A stretch of DNA of 63,330 nt, the filler included, from an uncultured Planctomycetaceae bacterium (GTDB lineage Bacteria > Planctomycetota > Planctomycetia > Planctomycetales > Planctomycetaceae), in the NCBI GenBank assembly GCA_963976765.1. It is 3 parts of 3 records of this genome, joined end to end, with 100 filler letters (N's around TTAATTAATTAA, not from the genome) between each part and the next. Parts side by side here need not be neighbours in the genome. Positions count along the whole stretch, not along the records: positions 45,020 to 63,330 come from CAXBME010000059.1; 2 more parts are not named here. The stretch is one strand, 5' to 3'. The notes beneath the pieces were generated by a model. It had not been told where the DNA came from, searched no databases, and saw only the letters and a program-made list of their open reading frames with translations. The position numbers and the translations under genes are program-made. Positions 54,332 to 63,330 of the stretch are shown piece after piece. Within the stretch, counting starts at the first letter, position 1; the number at the start of each line of letters is the position of its first letter.

Positions 54332-54524
54332 AGGAAGCCAACTTGGTTTCGAAAGGCGAAGAGCCTTGGCTCCCTGCCGAGAGTTGATGAAGTGAAACCG
54401 ATGGCTCCGGTCTCTCACAGGTAGCTGGGGCTTGCGCTGAAGACGGCCAACGTGGCTCGCGCAGCGAGCCACGTTGGCCAGCGCCCCTGCATCGCCCGAG
54501 GAACCAGTATCAAGGAACATTCAC

Positions 54525-56210
54525 ATGGATATTTTGCCAATCGCATCACGTAACGGTCGAGCAAATCGATTGCGACCGTCCGCACGAGCTACGACCACGG
54601 TAAAACCGTTAGGGGATGAAGACGACGTAAGCAGCCCACAAGAAGAAAGGAAACAGCCGCAGTTCAGATGGTGCGTCGAACGTGGTGCTGCCCGAAACTA
54701 CCGCAAGCTCGGGCAACGATTGGCGCAAGCAGGCGATCTGTTTCGCAACAAAGAAGATGGGCACGGTCTCATTTTCGTTTCGCCGAGCGGTGACGCTCGA
54801 CTTGTCGGCAAGGCTGCTGACTTGGCCCCGATCATCGTGGACCGTGTGCGAATGCAGGTAGTCAAAGAGGGCAAGGTCGTGAGTGAACTGCCGACCTCGG
54901 CTCATCTCAACGCAATGCTGCGATCTGAAGAGTTTCTCAGCCAGTTCTTGCCAGTCGATGAGGTCACTCGGACACCTTTCTATTTCGACGATTGGTCCTT
55001 GGTTGAGCCCGGATACAACGACGGCGGGCCGAAGCGGAGAGTTCTCTACGTTGGTAAGCAGCCAACCTATGTTGAATCCACGGAGACAATCGACAAGTTC
55101 CTGAATGTTATGGCGTTTGCCACGCAGGCAGACCGGACGAATGCGGTTGCTGGGGCGCTCACGGTCTTGCAGCGCAGACAATGGCAGGGCGAGAAGCCTT
55201 TGATTCTGTTGACGGCAACAAAGAGCCATTCAGGCAAGGGAACCGTTACCGATTTCATTCGTGGCAGTGTTCCGAAAGCAGATGTGCTTTACGAGCCCAT
55301 TGACTGGCCAATGCAGAGTCAATTCCAGAAGCAACTCAAGGTGAATCCCGATGTTGGTGTTGTCGTCTTTGACAACGTGAGGCTCGACAGTTCCGGTGGG
55401 CGGGCAAAGTTCATTCGGTCGAGCTTTGTTGAGAGCTTTGTCACCAGCAACGAGGTTTTCCTTGCCGCTCCCGGAGCCGGAGAGCCACTGCGGCTTGAGA
55501 ACAAGTATGTGGTCACGATCAACACCAACGATGGAGCCTTGAGTGCCGACCTGATGAATCGCTGTTTGCCGGTTCATCTCGCACCGTGCGGCGACGTTCA
55601 CGAAAGGCCCACTCCCATAGGCAATCCCAAGCTCGACTTTCTGCCTCAGCACGGCGAACGAATTGAAGCCGAACTGCGAGGAATGATCGAACGCTGGAAA
55701 CAAGAGGGATCGCCACTGGATGAATCCGTGAAGCATCCAATGACACGTTGGGCCAAGACGATAGGCGGCATTCTGAAGGTCAACGGCTTTGGCGACTTCT
55801 TGGCGAACTACGGATGCAGAAAGACTTCCGGCGATCCAGTGAGAGAAGCACTGGGAATTCTGGGTGCAGCAAGGCCCGGAAAACGTTTGAGACCCAAGGA
55901 ATGGGCGAAGCTCGCTGTGCATCTTGGACTTGCTCGAACTCTCTTTGCCCCGAACGAACGTGATACGGAAAAAGGCCGAGAGCGAGCCATCGGTGTGATC
56001 TTCAAACGACACCTTGAAGTCGTTTTCGAAGTCTCGTCCGAACGAAAGCGGTTTCGGCTGATTCTCGAAGGCGGGTTCAGGCGTTGGACTCGTGGCAAGA
56101 ACCCGCACACACGGTACGGCTTCACGATTATCAAGGAAGAAGCCGTCCCTATTGATAACGAGCGCCCCGGAGAGCGAGATAGCGAAGCGGAGCCGAAGAA
56201 TGGCGATTAG
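54525..56210 (+). CDS. replication-type P-loop ATPase (SF3 helicase-like)
   Basis: Walker A ATKSHSGKGT, Walker B VVVFDN, motif C TIN, Arg finger MNR; start ATG 54525 with an AAGGAA RBS. Confidence 0.65.
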   Translation: MDILPIASRNGRANRLRPSARATTTVKPLGDEDDVSSPQEERKQPQFRWCVERGAARNYRKLGQRLAQAGDLFRNKEDGHGLIFVSPSGDARLVGKAADLAPIIVDRVRMQVVKEGKVVSELPTSAHLNAMLRSEEFLSQFLPVDEVTRTPFYFDDWSLVEPGYNDGGPKRRVLYVGKQPTYVESTETIDKFLNVMAFATQADRTNAVAGALTVLQRRQWQGEKPLILLTATKSHSGKGTVTDFIRGSVPKADVLYEPIDWPMQSQFQKQLKVNPDVGVVVFDNVRLDSSGGRAKFIRSSFVESFVTSNEVFLAAPGAGEPLRLENKYVVTINTNDGALSADLMNRCLPVHLAPCGDVHERPTPIGNPKLDFLPQHGERIEAELRGMIERWKQEGSPLDESVKHPMTRWAKTIGGILKVNGFGDFLANYGCRKTSGDPVREALGILGAARPGKRLRPKEWAKLAVHLGLARTLFAPNERDTEKGRERAIGVIFKRHLEVVFEVSSERKRFRLILEGGFRRWTRGKNPHTRYGFTIIKEEAVPIDNERPGERDSEAEPKNGD

Positions 56211-56418
56211 TAGCCGGTAGTAACTACCCATCGCTGTACACCGCTGAAATCTGCCGTCAACACCGGAAATACGGCGTCCAGCGAAAGCGGCGCTGGAGTC
56301 CCGCGCGTCACCTCAGCGTACCCAGACTAGGTGCGCATGTCCTTCGCACCGCACGAGCGATCCAACTCGTACATCCAAATTATTCACAAATAACCGGAAC
56401 CTTTTCAGGAGCAACAAA

Positions 56419-57075
56419 ATGTCAGTTCAGGTAATCCATGGGGTCAACGTCGTCTTTCTTCCGTTAGCAGGTCGCACGGTTGGTCGAGCGAAATCCGTGC
56501 TTCGAGATGTTCTCAACGTTTCTCGACGAGCCTTAGCGTTCATTCAGGGGAAGCCAGTCGCCGACGACCACTTATTAGCCGATGGGGATGTTCTCGAATT
56601 CGTCCGAGCAGAGGGGCGCAAGGGCGGTCATCACGATTACTGGTCCGAGAAGGAATTGTTGGCATTCTTCGGAGCCGACAATGTGCAACGAATGAAAGAG
56701 AACGGGATGGTACTCGGGGCTCACCCAACTTTGACATCTGACGAGGTGATCTCGTGGAACAAGTGGCTCCACGACTCGAACCATGATCCGGCCAACACTT
56801 TGAACGTCCAAGTAAGCGTCGAGGAAGAGCGCATCGTGGTCTGCGGAACGGAGTTTCACATCGACATGGAACTGGCTGCCATTGTCGAGTGCCTCGTCGA
56901 AGCCAAGGGAGAGATACGTTCCCAAGCGTTTATGAAACGCAAATACGAAGGGCTGCTGATGGGCAAGCTGGATCGACTCATCAACGAAAGGTTGAAGTCG
57001 CATCCATCGGGAATCGGCGAGCACATCGAAGGCGTAAAAGGCAAAGGGTTTCGACTGCTATTTCGCACGGCATAA
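56419..57075 (+). CDS. ubiquitin-like (beta-grasp) domain fused to a winged HTH
   Basis: N-terminal GRTVG..LRDVLNV...LADGDVLEFVRAEGRKG; C-terminal IEGVKGKGFRL wing. Confidence 0.55.
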   Translation: MSVQVIHGVNVVFLPLAGRTVGRAKSVLRDVLNVSRRALAFIQGKPVADDHLLADGDVLEFVRAEGRKGGHHDYWSEKELLAFFGADNVQRMKENGMVLGAHPTLTSDEVISWNKWLHDSNHDPANTLNVQVSVEEERIVVCGTEFHIDMELAAIVECLVEAKGEIRSQAFMKRKYEGLLMGKLDRLINERLKSHPSGIGEHIEGVKGKGFRLLFRTA

Positions 57076-57182
57076 GCGACTTCTGCCGACACGAATAAGG
57101 TCACTTCTACCGAGAGTTGTGACCTGCGGTCCCACGAGATTGCGAGTTCCTGCCCCAGATACGTGGTTGTATTGTTCATGCG

Positions 57183-57533
57183 ATGTTGCTCACCAAAGAA
57201 ACGCTAACTGCACGTCAAATCGTCGAGCAACAGAGATTACGAAGGAGAAGAAAGATGCCTCAATGGTACGTCAATGAAATGGAAGAGAGTAACAAACGCC
57301 GTCACCAAGATCGTCTGGCAACCGCACACAAGACCTACGTGGTGGGCCATGACGACGAACGACCGCTGTTGTTCACTCCGACAGAATACGATCCATCCAC
57401 AGGATTGCTCCACGGTCTCAGTCACGCAGAGATGCCGATGACGTTGCGGCTGGATCGACTGCTTATGCCCTACGAGCCGTCGAGGCTGGAATGGGATGAT
57501 GAGCCGACAAATGCGAACTCCACTGACCAGTGA
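57183..57533 (+). CDS. hypothetical protein
   Basis: 116-aa ORF within a co-oriented gene run. Confidence 0.45.
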   Translation: MLLTKETLTARQIVEQQRLRRRRKMPQWYVNEMEESNKRRHQDRLATAHKTYVVGHDDERPLLFTPTEYDPSTGLLHGLSHAEMPMTLRLDRLLMPYEPSRLEWDDEPTNANSTDQ

Positions 57534-57608
57534 ATCCCACAGCGCCTTACAGCAATTCGCTCTGCGAAATGTGAGAGCAAGAAGCAGCACCGAACGCCGA
57601 GAACTGAC

Positions 57609-58481
57609 ATGAAATGCACAACGCAACCGCTGAAGTGGCATGGCGGCAAGCACTATCTGGCTCGCCATATCATCGACCTGATGCCGAAACACCTGCACTA
57701 CGTTGAGCCGTTCGGAGGAGGACTGGCGGTTCTACTCAATAAAGACCCATTTGATTCCCGGCACCAATGGGGTGAGGCCAGTCATGAGCAAGGCATCTCA
57801 GAGGTTGTGAACGACCTGTATGGCCCTCTTCAGAACTTCTGGAAGGTTCTGAAGGACTCAAAGACGTTTTCTGAACTGCAACAGCTTGTCGCTTTGACAC
57901 CTTTTTCAGAGGCCGAGTTCGAGGATTCGGCAAACCGGTTATTTCCAAAAAGGGAAATCGATGCCGAAGCGGCGGCTGCATTCTTTGTCCGCTGTCGGCA
58001 AAGCCGTGCTGGGTCGTTCAAGGGGTTTGCCACGCTCAGTCGTAATCGGACTCGAAGCCGGATGAATGAGCAGGTCTCGGCATGGCTGAATGCTATCGAC
58101 GGCCTTGAGGCAGTACACGAACGACTGAGGAGAGTCGTCATTCTTTGCCGAGACGCCGTGGATGTGATCCGCCAACAGGATGGCCAGAAGACTCTGTTCT
58201 ATCTGGACCCGCCGTACCTGCCGTCAACGAGAGCAAGTTGCGGCAACTACGAGCACGAAATGGCTGAGCCAGAGCACATCCGACTGCTTGATGCCATTCG
58301 ATGTTGCGAAGGAAAGGTGATGTTGTCTGGCTATCCGAATGAACTCTACGGCGACCTGCTTGCTGGATGGCAGCGACACGACTTTGAGATCGACAACAAA
58401 GTCTCAGGGGCGAAACAAAAGCGGGCGATGGTCGAATCCGTTTGGACCAACTTTGAACAAACAACATGTGGAGATATGTGA
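57609..58481 (+). CDS. Dam-like (D12 class) N6-adenine DNA methyltransferase
   Basis: LKWHGGK, YVEPFGGG, EVVND, FYLDPPY, VMLSGY. Confidence 0.93.
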   Translation: MKCTTQPLKWHGGKHYLARHIIDLMPKHLHYVEPFGGGLAVLLNKDPFDSRHQWGEASHEQGISEVVNDLYGPLQNFWKVLKDSKTFSELQQLVALTPFSEAEFEDSANRLFPKREIDAEAAAAFFVRCRQSRAGSFKGFATLSRNRTRSRMNEQVSAWLNAIDGLEAVHERLRRVVILCRDAVDVIRQQDGQKTLFYLDPPYLPSTRASCGNYEHEMAEPEHIRLLDAIRCCEGKVMLSGYPNELYGDLLAGWQRHDFEIDNKVSGAKQKRAMVESVWTNFEQTTCGDM

Positions 58482-58491
58482 GGAGCCCCCG

Positions 58492-60771
58492 ATGCGAAAG
58501 ATCAAGACACTCAAAGACTGGCAAATTGAAGCCTTGCAGCTTGGGCGTGCGGCCCGGCATCTCTTGATCCAAGCACCGGGCGGTGCTGGTAAGTCACTGT
58601 TGCAGGTGATGATGGCCCAAGCAGACATCGAATCCACTGGCAATAAGCAACTCATTCTGGTGCCGAAGAACCACATCCATCACGGATTCTTCGATGACGA
58701 TTGCATCCAGTTCACGCTGCCGGGCGAGTCGAGCCCGTCAAGATGGACTGTCCGGCAGAACTTTTGCAGCACGTCCAAGTCGGATGTGAAGACCAAGTTG
58801 CTGAAGGACTTTCTGCTCACCGATGTGAATCAAATCCACAATGAGGAAGACCTCGCCGCCATCGCCACGCATCGGGCCTTGATCGATGCGTGGAAGCGAA
58901 TGAGCAAGAAAGAGAAACATCAGGCCCTACGCAACATCTCGTTTCGCATCGATGAGGCCCATCACCTTAGCAACGTGTTTCACGAATCCGACCTTGACCT
59001 GTTCAACGTCAAGGACAAGCAGGGGATCATCGACGATGCGACAAGACTTGGTGCTTTCGTGCAGTACGTGCTTCGTCATGACGAGGAGACTGTGAAGGTT
59101 CATCTGGCAACGGCCACGTTCTTCCGGGGCGACTGCCGAACGATTCTGTCGCAGCGGTTCAAGCAGGAGTTTGCTCATTACTACCTTCCGGACGAACACT
59201 TCGAAACACTGGGAATCAAGAATCTGGTTTTCGATTTCGTCAACTATCAGGACGATCCCGTTGAGCCACTGCTCAAGATGGTCGCTTCAGAGCCCGATGA
59301 ACGGCACCTTGTCATCATTCCGGCACTGACGCATCGATTTCGAACAACAGAGACGCTGCCGACCATCATGCAAGGATTGCTGACGGTCTTTCACGAGTCC
59401 GAAGTGCTTGATCTGGTTTCGCCGGACACTCAGGAAGCCCACAAGCTGCTTTTGCATCGCTACCCAGAGAAGTTCCGAGCCGTAGTGGCGTGCCGATTGT
59501 TTGATGAAGGGACAGACTGGGTGCCTTGCACTCGAATGCACAACACGGATGCCTGCGAGACGAGCGTAACGCTGGCCGTTCAAAGGTTCTTCAGGCCACT
59601 TCGCCGTCATTCGTCGAAGCGGGACGTGCGAATCTTCAACTACCTGCCGGACTTGTCACCCGACATGACGGATGAGGACAAGCGGCGAGTGCTGTCGAAC
59701 CGTTTGACTGCCATCTTGACCTGCATTGTAACCCAAGGAGAACTGGTCCCATGTATGGTTCCTGTAAAGAACGCTCCCAAGGGCGAGAAACCTCGCAAGG
59801 CAATTTCGTTACAGGAAGTTCTCGGTCATCACTACACGTCGGTCATGGATGATCTGCTGAAGGGCTACGAGCGCATCGAAGACAAGTCAGATGCCACCCA
59901 AATTGAAGCACTCGTCGAACGAGTCATTCAGGAATACGAGCTTCCAGATGATGTAGAGGCCGCCGATGTCAAGACTGCTCTTTTGCAGCAAGTGATACGG
60001 ATCGCCAATCCCAAGAAGAAGGTGCTTGATCGAAAAGCACTTGAACCAAAAGGCATCGATGCCGAAGCAATTCGCCAGCAGGGATTCGATAAGGTTTGGA
60101 AGAAACTCTCTCCGGTCGAGAGCCTCGTCTGCAACGGCACGGACAACATTGACGCAGCAACCGTGCGACAATTGCTGAGCATCGTGAACGAAATACCGAG
60201 CTTGAAGGAAATCGATCAAGCGATCCGTGTTTTTCATGCTCGAACTGGAAAGCGACCGACGTTTCATCAGTCTGAGTGGTTGAAAGAGTTGGATCGCTCG
60301 GCGAGCGCCGTAGACAAGGTGCTCCGCCGACACCATGGCATGACACTGGCTCAGAGGGTTCGGGAAGTGCTGTGTGATTCAAACGACGATCTTATTGCCC
60401 GCACGCACGACCTGATTCGAGAATACTGGTCCCGTGGTATCCGTATCGGCAACAAATTCGGCGAACTGCCCGAGATCGGCATGTCGAGCTTCGCTCTCAA
60501 CGGACGCCTGCATTGGAATCACAAGACGACGCTGGCCAAGGAAGTCGAGAAAGTCTTGGGGCCAACCACGAAGCCACTGACACTGGCCAAGGTCCGAAAG
60601 GTTGTTCGCCAGTACCACAAGAAAGGCATTCGGCTTCACCGGAAATTCGGACGCATCCCCGAACTCGACATGTCCAGCCACAATTTGGCAGATCGCCTGA
60701 AACGCAATTTCGATGTAAAACTGTCCGAGTTGGTCGATGAAATTGCCGAGGGTAAGTCACGTGCTGGGTGA
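58492..60771 (+). CDS. superfamily 2 (DEAH-type) helicase/ATPase with C-terminal tandem repeats
   Basis: WQ Q-motif, APGGAGKS, IDEAHH, ATAT, FDEGTDW, VQRFFRPLR; three repeats of about 60 aa at the C-terminus. Confidence 0.8.
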   Translation: MRKIKTLKDWQIEALQLGRAARHLLIQAPGGAGKSLLQVMMAQADIESTGNKQLILVPKNHIHHGFFDDDCIQFTLPGESSPSRWTVRQNFCSTSKSDVKTKLLKDFLLTDVNQIHNEEDLAAIATHRALIDAWKRMSKKEKHQALRNISFRIDEAHHLSNVFHESDLDLFNVKDKQGIIDDATRLGAFVQYVLRHDEETVKVHLATATFFRGDCRTILSQRFKQEFAHYYLPDEHFETLGIKNLVFDFVNYQDDPVEPLLKMVASEPDERHLVIIPALTHRFRTTETLPTIMQGLLTVFHESEVLDLVSPDTQEAHKLLLHRYPEKFRAVVACRLFDEGTDWVPCTRMHNTDACETSVTLAVQRFFRPLRRHSSKRDVRIFNYLPDLSPDMTDEDKRRVLSNRLTAILTCIVTQGELVPCMVPVKNAPKGEKPRKAISLQEVLGHHYTSVMDDLLKGYERIEDKSDATQIEALVERVIQEYELPDDVEAADVKTALLQQVIRIANPKKKVLDRKALEPKGIDAEAIRQQGFDKVWKKLSPVESLVCNGTDNIDAATVRQLLSIVNEIPSLKEIDQAIRVFHARTGKRPTFHQSEWLKELDRSASAVDKVLRRHHGMTLAQRVREVLCDSNDDLIARTHDLIREYWSRGIRIGNKFGELPEIGMSSFALNGRLHWNHKTTLAKEVEKVLGPTTKPLTLAKVRKVVRQYHKKGIRLHRKFGRIPELDMSSHNLADRLKRNFDVKLSELVDEIAEGKSRAG

Positions 60772-60852
60772 TTTACCTGCTTTGGATTAGAAATAGAGCC
60801 TTACCGACTGTAGCCAAGGACAGTACGTTCAGAGACGACCCGGTGAAAAGAG

Positions 60853-61560
<708 letters not shown>

Positions 61561-61609
61561 GCGAGCCAACTGACATGACCAACAAATCCTTCTCCCAACT
61601 CGTCCGCAT

Positions 61610-62977
61610 CTACAATCGACCAGACAACAACTTCTCTTGATCTTTGCTGATTGCCTCAATGTTTGGTGACATCCAACCAAAGCATTCACACAACCACACG
61701 ATGGCTTTGCGAGACTCGTCGGACGAACCGGCGACGAGACTGTCACTAGCAACAGTCCATGTCTTGCTGATGTGGTCTTCATTGGCGACACAATACTGCC
61801 GCCACATTCGGTTCCAGTCTGTCGTCAGGACGTATCCTTTAGCCCCGTTGAGTTCGATGGTGATGCCAAGATTCCCTTCATAAACACCAGCTTGACAGAT
61901 TCGAGCCGCAAACTCGAAATACTCCGTGATCGTGTAAACCAAATTCACCAGCGACACGTAACCCGGAACGGCACTCCAGTCCAGACTGTTCATGTGCCGC
62001 AGATGGCTCATGGTTGAATCTTGGAGCTTCTGCCGCCACTGATTCTCAGTGGCTTCTCGCAAGGCCGCAAAGTGGACGAACTGTCCGCTTTGGAATAATT
62101 GCCAATACTCGATGCTGCCCATGAAGTTTGCCCACGATCCAACCCATGACGATCCATGAGTTCGTTCTTGAGCGTCGTTCGACAGATGAGGAAAGTCACA
62201 GCCCCGAAGTTGGACCCGAGCTTTCTCAACCAGCTTGACACATTCGGTCAAACTCGGAATCAAGTCTGAGTTGTAGAACTCTGGGCAAAAGCGGACTTGC
62301 CAGTACGGAAACTCGGTTACTGGCACAGGAAACTCCTTGATGCCAGCGAGTTCCGATTCAAACTGCGCAGTCGATGTCTCGCTTGGCACTAGCCCAACCC
62401 GCTTCCCGGCCTCCAACATCCGCCTCACACGAAACTCGGCGGCAAGTTCCAAAAGGTCGTGAAGTCGCTCTGCGTCAGTGACCTTTGCTGTCTGCGGTTT
62501 TCCGCTCGTCGGGCGGGTGTAGACATCTCCCGCTGACAATCTGTCCTTTGGCCTGACCGAATCGGGCGAGTTCTTCCGGCAAACTACCGGAGCGTCAGAG
62601 AATTGGTCGACATGAAATGCAAGATAGCGATTCCCGTCATCATCGTCGTGCAACACGATGTCCGTCTTGATTTGCGGAGAGGCGTACTTTGCTAATTGGT
62701 CAACGATGTCATCGTAGTCATACGTCTCAAGATGATCCTCTTGAATCCCTGTGAGTTCCCACGAGTCATTACGCTCGGCCACGCCAATTACAATCAATCC
62801 ACCGTCACGTAGGTTTGCCATCGCCATGCTGGTTTTGAGCAATCTCCATCGCAATTCAGTCCACGGTTGGGATTCCTTGAAGTCGAGCCAAGATTGCTCC
62901 TGACAACGGCTCAAGGCGAGGTCGATCCGTCGTTTGAGATCGGCATATCCAGCCATGTTCGTGTTTGGAAATGCCAT
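61610..62977 (-). CDS. Schlafen/AlbA_2 domain protein
   Basis: EQSWLDFKE, AMANLRDGGLIVIGVAE. Confidence 0.85.
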   Translation of the reverse strand: MAFPNTNMAGYADLKRRIDLALSRCQEQSWLDFKESQPWTELRWRLLKTSMAMANLRDGGLIVIGVAERNDSWELTGIQEDHLETYDYDDIVDQLAKYASPQIKTDIVLHDDDDGNRYLAFHVDQFSDAPVVCRKNSPDSVRPKDRLSAGDVYTRPTSGKPQTAKVTDAERLHDLLELAAEFRVRRMLEAGKRVGLVPSETSTAQFESELAGIKEFPVPVTEFPYWQVRFCPEFYNSDLIPSLTECVKLVEKARVQLRGCDFPHLSNDAQERTHGSSWVGSWANFMGSIEYWQLFQSGQFVHFAALREATENQWRQKLQDSTMSHLRHMNSLDWSAVPGYVSLVNLVYTITEYFEFAARICQAGVYEGNLGITIELNGAKGYVLTTDWNRMWRQYCVANEDHISKTWTVASDSLVAGSSDESRKAIVWLCECFGWMSPNIEAISKDQEKLLSGRL

Positions 62978-62981
62978 TAGT

Positions 62982-63275
62982 TCATTCCTGTCCAGCCGAA
63001 GTGGAACTTCCTACTCGTGAAATATACGCCTCGAACGCTTCCACCACTTGGTCGATCACCGCTTGAAGTTGATGAAAGTCGATCCATAGCTCGCCGGGAG
63101 GCCCCGGATCGGCGTAACGAAAGATCGATGATCTGAGGTCTATTTCGTGGAAGTCTCGCAGCCGGTCCTTCATCCAATCCGGTAGCTGACCTCCAGCTTC
63201 GGCTTCAAGAAGCCGACTTAGCTCACCGAGATCGTGATGCTCAGGTGGGTTTGCTAATGCAGCCTTCAAGTAAAG
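62982..63275 (-). CDS. HEPN-like hypothetical protein, 5'-truncated
   Basis: LYLKA...HDL...EID..S..FRY pattern; the 5' part is replaced by the repeat end. Confidence 0.5.
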   Translation of the reverse strand, partial: LYLKAALANPPEHHDLGELSRLLEAEAGGQLPDWMKDRLRDFHEIDLRSSIFRYADPGPPGELWIDFHQLQAVIDQVVEAFEAYISRVGSSTSAGQE

Positions 63276-63330
63276 CGGCTCATCCGGTAAGTCGGGGCTG
63301 TATTTATCCGACGAGTGTTTTGTGAGTGGT
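63276..63330. mobile_element. second copy of the ISL3-like terminus
   Basis: Reverse complement of 23060-23114. Confidence 0.5.

Noticed and set aside
54379..54416. Hammerhead-like core TTGATGA...GAAA-stem-GTC
   Set aside because: C3 is replaced, stem II is absent, and stem I does not pair in the required register.
55230..56231. 333-aa minus-strand ORF
   Set aside because: Antisense to the ATPase gene, with no motifs.
56211..56400. Short hairpins after the ATPase as a possible origin
   Set aside because: Stems of 6-7 bp are expected by chance at this GC content, and no iterons were seen.

Overview
Three contigs, most likely from a Planctomycetota genome (DUF1559 protein, sulfatase and planctomycete-type Cys-rich and lipoproteins), joined by artificial 100-nt N/TTAATTAATTAA linkers at 22960-23059 and 44920-45019. 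Contig 1 holds a surface-glycosylation locus (a decayed GT2 copy, flippase-like protein, GT2, GT39) and a partial type II secretion operon (C/L/M-like, TPR lipoprotein, gspD, gspE). After it come an unannotated 58-aa membrane protein and a mobile island (dif-like site plus tyrosine recombinase, an HD-CE/serine-recombinase chimera, a frameshifted serine recombinase, and a DUF1257-DUF2997-TOPRIM-AAA operon). Contig 2 is mostly core genome: S9 peptidase, HD phosphohydrolase, a 16-aa-periodic Cys/Val-rich secreted protein, methyltransferase, sulfatase, DUF1559, and a Tat-exported PaoABC-like molybdo-flavoenzyme. That enzyme has apparently lost the ligands of two Fe-S clusters and is followed by a small Cys protein. 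Contig 3 holds a GT-methyltransferase fusion, a scrambled IS701/IS66 mosaic and an integrative element (large serine recombinase, SF3-like ATPase, Ubl-wHTH protein, Dam-like MTase, SF2 helicase, DUF1643, Schlafen/AlbA_2). The best candidates for undescribed systems are the Fe-S-deficient Mo-enzyme with its small Cys protein and the MTase-helicase-DUF1643 module. No rRNA, tRNA or CRISPR array was recognised. All calls come from motif recognition by eye; no database searches were run.
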